DNA from: Eledone cirrhosa
Taxonomy: Eukaryota
Direction of reading: 5' to 3'
Length of the DNA: 64,000 nucleotides
Assembly (NCBI GenBank): GCA_964016885.1
Contig: OZ024742.1
Coordinates: forward strand, 185,132,001 to 185,196,000
In this document: one piece after another, positions 60,339-64,000 of the stretch
Layout: every line of letters starts with the position of its first letter
Position numbering within the stretch: position 1 is the stretch's first letter
Notes under the pieces: generated by a model
Databases searched by the model: none
The model's input: only the letters and a program-made list of their open reading frames with translations
Told to the model about the DNA's origin: nothing
Made by a program: the position numbers and the translations under genes

Positions 60339-63300
60339 TTAAGTTAAGTTGGGGTTAAGTTAAGTTGTGGTTAAGTTAAGTTGGGGCTGAGTTAAGTTGG
60401 GGTCAAGTTAAGTTGGGGTTGAGTTAAGTTGGGGTTAAGTTAACTTGGGGTTAATTTAAGTTGGGGTTAAGTCAAATTGGGTTTGAGTTAAGTTAGGGTT
60501 AAGTTAAGTTGGGGTTAAGTTAAGTTGGGGTTAAGTTAAGTTGGGGTTAAGTTAAGTTGGGGTTAAATTAAGCTGGGTTTAAGTTAAGTTGGGGTTAAGT
60601 TAAGTTGGGGTTAAGTTAAGGTGGGGTTAAGTTAAGTTGAGGTTAAGTTAAGTTAGGGTTAAATTCAGTTGGGGTTAAGTTAAGTTGGGGTTAAGTTAAG
60701 TTGGGGATAAGTTAAGTTGAGTTTAAGTTAAGTTGGAGTTAATTTAAGTTGAGGTTAAGTTAAGTTGTGGTTAAGTTAAGTTGTGGTTAAGTTAAGTTGG
60801 GGTTAAGTTAAGTTGGGGTTCAGTTAAGTTGGGGTTACGTTAAGTAGGGGTTAAGTTGGGGTTAAATTAAGTTGGGGTTAAGTTAAGTTGGGGTTAAGTT
60901 AAGTTGGGGTTAAGTTAAGTTGGGGTTAAGTTAAGTTGGGGTTGAGTTAAGTTGGGGTTAAGTTAAGTCGGGGTTAAGTTAAGTTGGGGTTAAGTTAAGT
61001 TGGGGTTAAGTTAAGTTGGGGTTAAGTTAAGTTGGGGTTGAGTTAAGTTGGGGTTAAGTTAAGTTGGGTTTAAGTTAAGTTGGGGTTAAGTTAAGTTGGG
61101 GTTAAGTTAAGGTGGGGTTAAGTTAAGTTGGGGTTAAGTTAAGTCGGGGTTAAGTTAAGTTGGGGTTAAGTTAAGTTGGGGTTAAGTTAAGTTGGGGTTA
61201 AGATAAGTTGGGGTTAAGTTAAGTTGGGGTTGAGTTAAGTTGGGGTTAAGTTAAGTTGGCGTTCAGTTAAGTTGCGGTTAAGTTAAGATGGTGTTAACTT
61301 AAGTCGGGGTTAAGTTAAGTTGGGGTTAAGTTAAGTTGGGGTCAAGTTAAGTTGGGGTTAAGTTAAGTTGGGGTTAAGTTAAGTTGGGGTTAAGTTAAGT
61401 CGGGGTTAAGTTAAGTTGGGGTTAAGTTAAGTTGGGGTTAAGTTAAGTTGGGGTCAAGTTAAGTTGGGGTTAAGTTAAGTTGGGGTTAAGTTAAGTTGGG
61501 GTTAAGTTAAGTCGCGGTTAAGTTAAGTTGGGGTTAAGTTAAGATGGGGTTAAGTTAAGTTGTGGTTAAGTTAAGTTGGGGTTAAGATAAGTTGGGGTTA
61601 AGTTAAGTTGCGGTTGAGTTAAGTTGGGGTTGAGTTAATTGGGGTTAAGATAAGTTGGGGTTAAGTTAAGTTGCGGTTGAGTTAAGTTGGGGTTGAGTTA
61701 ATTGGGGTTAAGTTAAGTTGGGGTTAACTTAAGTTGGGTTTAAGTTAAGTTGGGGTTAAGTTAAGTTGGGGTTAAATTAAGTTGGGGTTATGATAAGTTG
61801 GGGTTAAGTTAAGTCGGGGTTAAGTTATGTCGGGGTTAAGTTAAGTTGGTGTTAAGTTAACTTGGTGTTAAGTTAAGTTGGGGTTCAGTTAAGTTGGGGT
61901 TGAGTTAAGTTGGGGGTCAAGTTAAGTTGGGGTTAAGCTAAGTTGGGGTTAAGTTAAGTTGGCGTTAAGTTAAGTTGGGGTTAATTTAAGTTTTGGTTAA
62001 GTTAAGTTGGGACTGAGTTAGGTTGGGGTCAAGTTAAGTTGGGGTTGAGTTAAGTTGGGGTTGAGTTAATTTGGGGTTAAGTTAAGTTGGGGTTAACTTA
62101 AGTTGGGGTTCAGTTAAGTTGGCGTTCAGTTAAGTTGCGGTGAAGTTAAGTTGGGGTTAACTTAAGTCGGGGTTAAGTTAAGTTGGGGTTAATTTAAGTT
62201 GGGGTCAAGTTAAGTTGGGGTTAAGTTAAGTTGGGGTTAAGTTAAGTTGGGGTTAAGTTAAGTTGCGGTTAAGTTAAGTTGGGGTCAAGTTAAGTTGGGG
62301 TTAAGTTAAGTTGGGGTTAAGCTAAGTCGCGGTTAAGTTAAGTTGGGGTTAAGTTAAGATGGGGTTAAGTTAAGTTGGGGTTAAGTTAAGTTGGGGTTAA
62401 GATAAGTTGGGGTTAAGTTAAGTTGGGGTTGAGTTAAGTTGGGGTTGAGTTAATTGGGGTTAAGTTAAGTTGGGGTTAACTTAAGTTGGGTTTAAGTTAA
62501 GTTGGGGTTAAGTTAAGTTGGGGTTAAATTAAGTTGGGGTTAAGATAAGTTGGGGTTAAGTTAAGTCGGGGTTAAGTTAAGTCGGGGTTAAGTTAAGTTG
62601 GGGTTAAGTTAACTTGCTGTTAAGTTAAGTTGGGGCTCAGTTAAGTTGGGGTTGAGTTAAGTTGGGGTCAAGTTAAGTTGGGACTAAGCTAAGTTGGGGT
62701 TAACTTAAGTTGCGGTTAACTTAAGTTGGCGCTAAGTTAAGTGAAGGTTAAGTTAAGTTGGGGTTGAGTTAAGTTGGGGTTAAGTTAAGTTGGGGTTGAG
62801 TTAAGTTGGGGTTGAGTTAAGTTGGGGTTGAGTTAAGTTGGGGTTACGTTAAGTTGGGGTTAAGTTAAGTTGGGGTTAAGTTAAGTTTAGGTTAACTTAA
62901 GTTGGGGTTAAGTTAAGTTGGGGTTAAGTTAAGTTGGGGCTAAGTTAAGTTGGGGCTAATTTAAGTTGGGGCTAAGTTAAGTTGGGGTTAAGTTAAGGTG
63001 GGGTTTAGTTAAGTTGGGGTTGATTTAAGTTGGGGTTGAGTTAAGTTGGGGTTAAGTTAAGTTGGGGTTAAGTTAAGTTAGGGTTAACTTAAGTTGGGGT
63101 TAATTTAAGTTGGGGTTGAGTTAAGTTGGGGTTTAATTAAGTTGGGGTTGAGTTAAGTTGGGGTTGAGTTAAGTTGGGCTTGAGTTAAGTTGGGGTTGAG
63201 TTAAGTTGGGCTTATCTTAAGTTGGGGTTAATTTAAGATGGGGTTAAGTTAAGTTGGGGTTAAGTTAATTTGGGGTTAAGTTAAGTTGGGGTTAAGTTAA

Positions 63301-64000
63301 GTTGGGGTTATGTTAAGTTGGGGTTAAGTTAAGTTGAGGTTAACTTAAGTTGGGGTTAAGTTAAGTTGGGGTTAAGTTAAGTTGGGGCTTAGTTAAGTTG
63401 GGGCTAAGTTAAGTTGGGGTTAAGTTAAGTTGGGGTTAAGTTAAGTTGGGGTTAAGTTAAGTTGGGGTTAAGATAAGTTGGGGTTAAGTTAAGTTGGGGT
63501 TGAGTTAAGTTGGGGTTGAGTTAATTTGGGGTTAAGTTAAGTTGGGGTTAACTTAAGTTGGGGTTCAGTTAAGTTGGCGTTCAGTTAAGTTGCGGTGAAG
63601 TTAAGTTGGGGTTAACTTAAGTCGGGGTTAAGTTAAGTTGGGGTTAAGTTAAGTTGGGGTGAAGTTAAGTTGGGGTTAAGTTAAGTTGGGGTTATGTTAA
63701 GTTGGCGTTCAGTTAAGTTGCGGTGAAGTTAAGTTGGGGTTAACTTAAGTCGGGGTTAAGTTAAGTTGGAGTTAAGTTAAGTTGGGGTCAAGTTAAGTTG
63801 GGGTTAAGTTAAGTTGGGGTTATGTTAAGTTGGGGTTAAGTTAAGTTGGGGTTAAGTTAAGTCGGGGTTAAGTTAAGTTGGGGTTAAGTTAATTGGGGGT
63901 AAGTTAAGTTTGGGTTAAGTTGGGGTTAAGTTAAGTTAGGGTTAAGTTACGTTGGGGTTGAGTTAAGTTGGGGTTAATTTAAATTGGGGTTAAGTTAACT
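58188..64000 (+). repeat. Long-range copy of ~2627-8247 (offset 55,561, then 55,753 after a 192-bp indel)
   Basis: Markers pair at offset 55,561: GAAGGGG 3145/58706, CGTGCTG 3880/59441, ATGGTG 5727/61288, ACTGAGTTAGG 6451/62012. CTTATCTT pairs at 7458/63211 (offset 55,753), and base 8247 aligns with base 64000. Confidence 0.9.

Larger units (their letters stand above)
7458..63218 (+). repeat. Irregular higher-order repeat (HOR) organisation, typical period ~4.5-6.4 kb
   Basis: The rare variant CTTATCTT starts at 7458, 10060, 14951, 19686, 25425, 30384, 35151, 39634, 46048, 51440 and 63211. The spacings are 2602, 4891, 4735, 5739, 4959, 4767, 4483, 6414, 5392 and 11771. Each occurrence lies within the same ordered run of variants (GGGGTTTAATT, GGGCTTGAG, CTTATCTT, AAGATGG, TTATG, GAGGTTAAC). 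Confidence 0.92.
1..64000 (+). repeat. Tandem satellite DNA array, 16-bp monomer GGGGTTAAGTTAAGTT (~4,000 copies, G-rich strand on +), running off both window ends
   Basis: The monomer is read directly (e.g. 11-26, 27-42) and continues to base 64000 with scattered substitutions and occasional 11-, 15-, 17- and 21-bp length variants. The consensus has 6 G, 6 T, 4 A and no C on the + strand. No inverted CCCC-containing tract was seen. Confidence 0.99.

Noticed and set aside
1-64000. Protein-coding ORFs on either strand
   Set aside because: Each monomer has two TTAA motifs, giving TAA on both strands. The 16-bp period cycles these stops through all frames, so open frames are only a few tens of bases long.
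1-64000. CRISPR array or other repeat-spacer system
   Set aside because: There are no unique spacers. All sequence is the same 16-mer with point variants, and there are no cas genes or leader.
1-64000. Active telomerase-synthesised telomere tract
   Set aside because: Point variants are inherited in kilobase-long ordered blocks, which de novo template-directed addition would not produce. No chromosome end or pure terminal tract is visible.
1-64000. piggyBac or other TTAA-targeting transposon insertions
   Set aside because: There are thousands of TTAA sites but no non-satellite sequence, terminal inverted repeats or transposase remnants.
1-64000. Pure sequencing or low-complexity artefact
   Set aside because: Reproducible, nested and lineage-structured variant patterns indicate a real evolved array, although individual near-identical duplications still need read support.
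1-64000. Variant pattern as a functional code or novel information-storage system
   Set aside because: Duplication, deletion and conversion of neutral mutations explain the patterns, and nothing in the window indicates a reader, a writer or selection.

Overview
The whole 64 kb window is one uninterrupted, head-to-tail tandem satellite array in a single orientation. The consensus monomer is 16 bp, GGGGTTAAGTTAAGTT (reverse complement AACTTAACTTAACCCC), about 4,000 copies. I found no genes, RNA genes, transposons, CRISPR arrays or unique sequence. The array is not a simple repeat: rare variant monomers recur in fixed order and act as barcodes. They reveal irregular higher-order repeats of about 4.5-6.4 kb built from shuffled sub-modules, two very recent near-identical tandem duplications (5,739 and 6,414 bp), and long-range copies at offsets of about 3.7, 9.25, 10.2, 16.3 and 55.6 kb. 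The monomer is telomere-like, (TTAAG)2-TTGGGG, but the inherited variant patterns point to recombination or replication-based amplification rather than telomerase synthesis. Organism and chromosomal location cannot be determined from the sequence. Offsets were read by eye from landmark variants, and block boundaries are approximate to within a few monomers.
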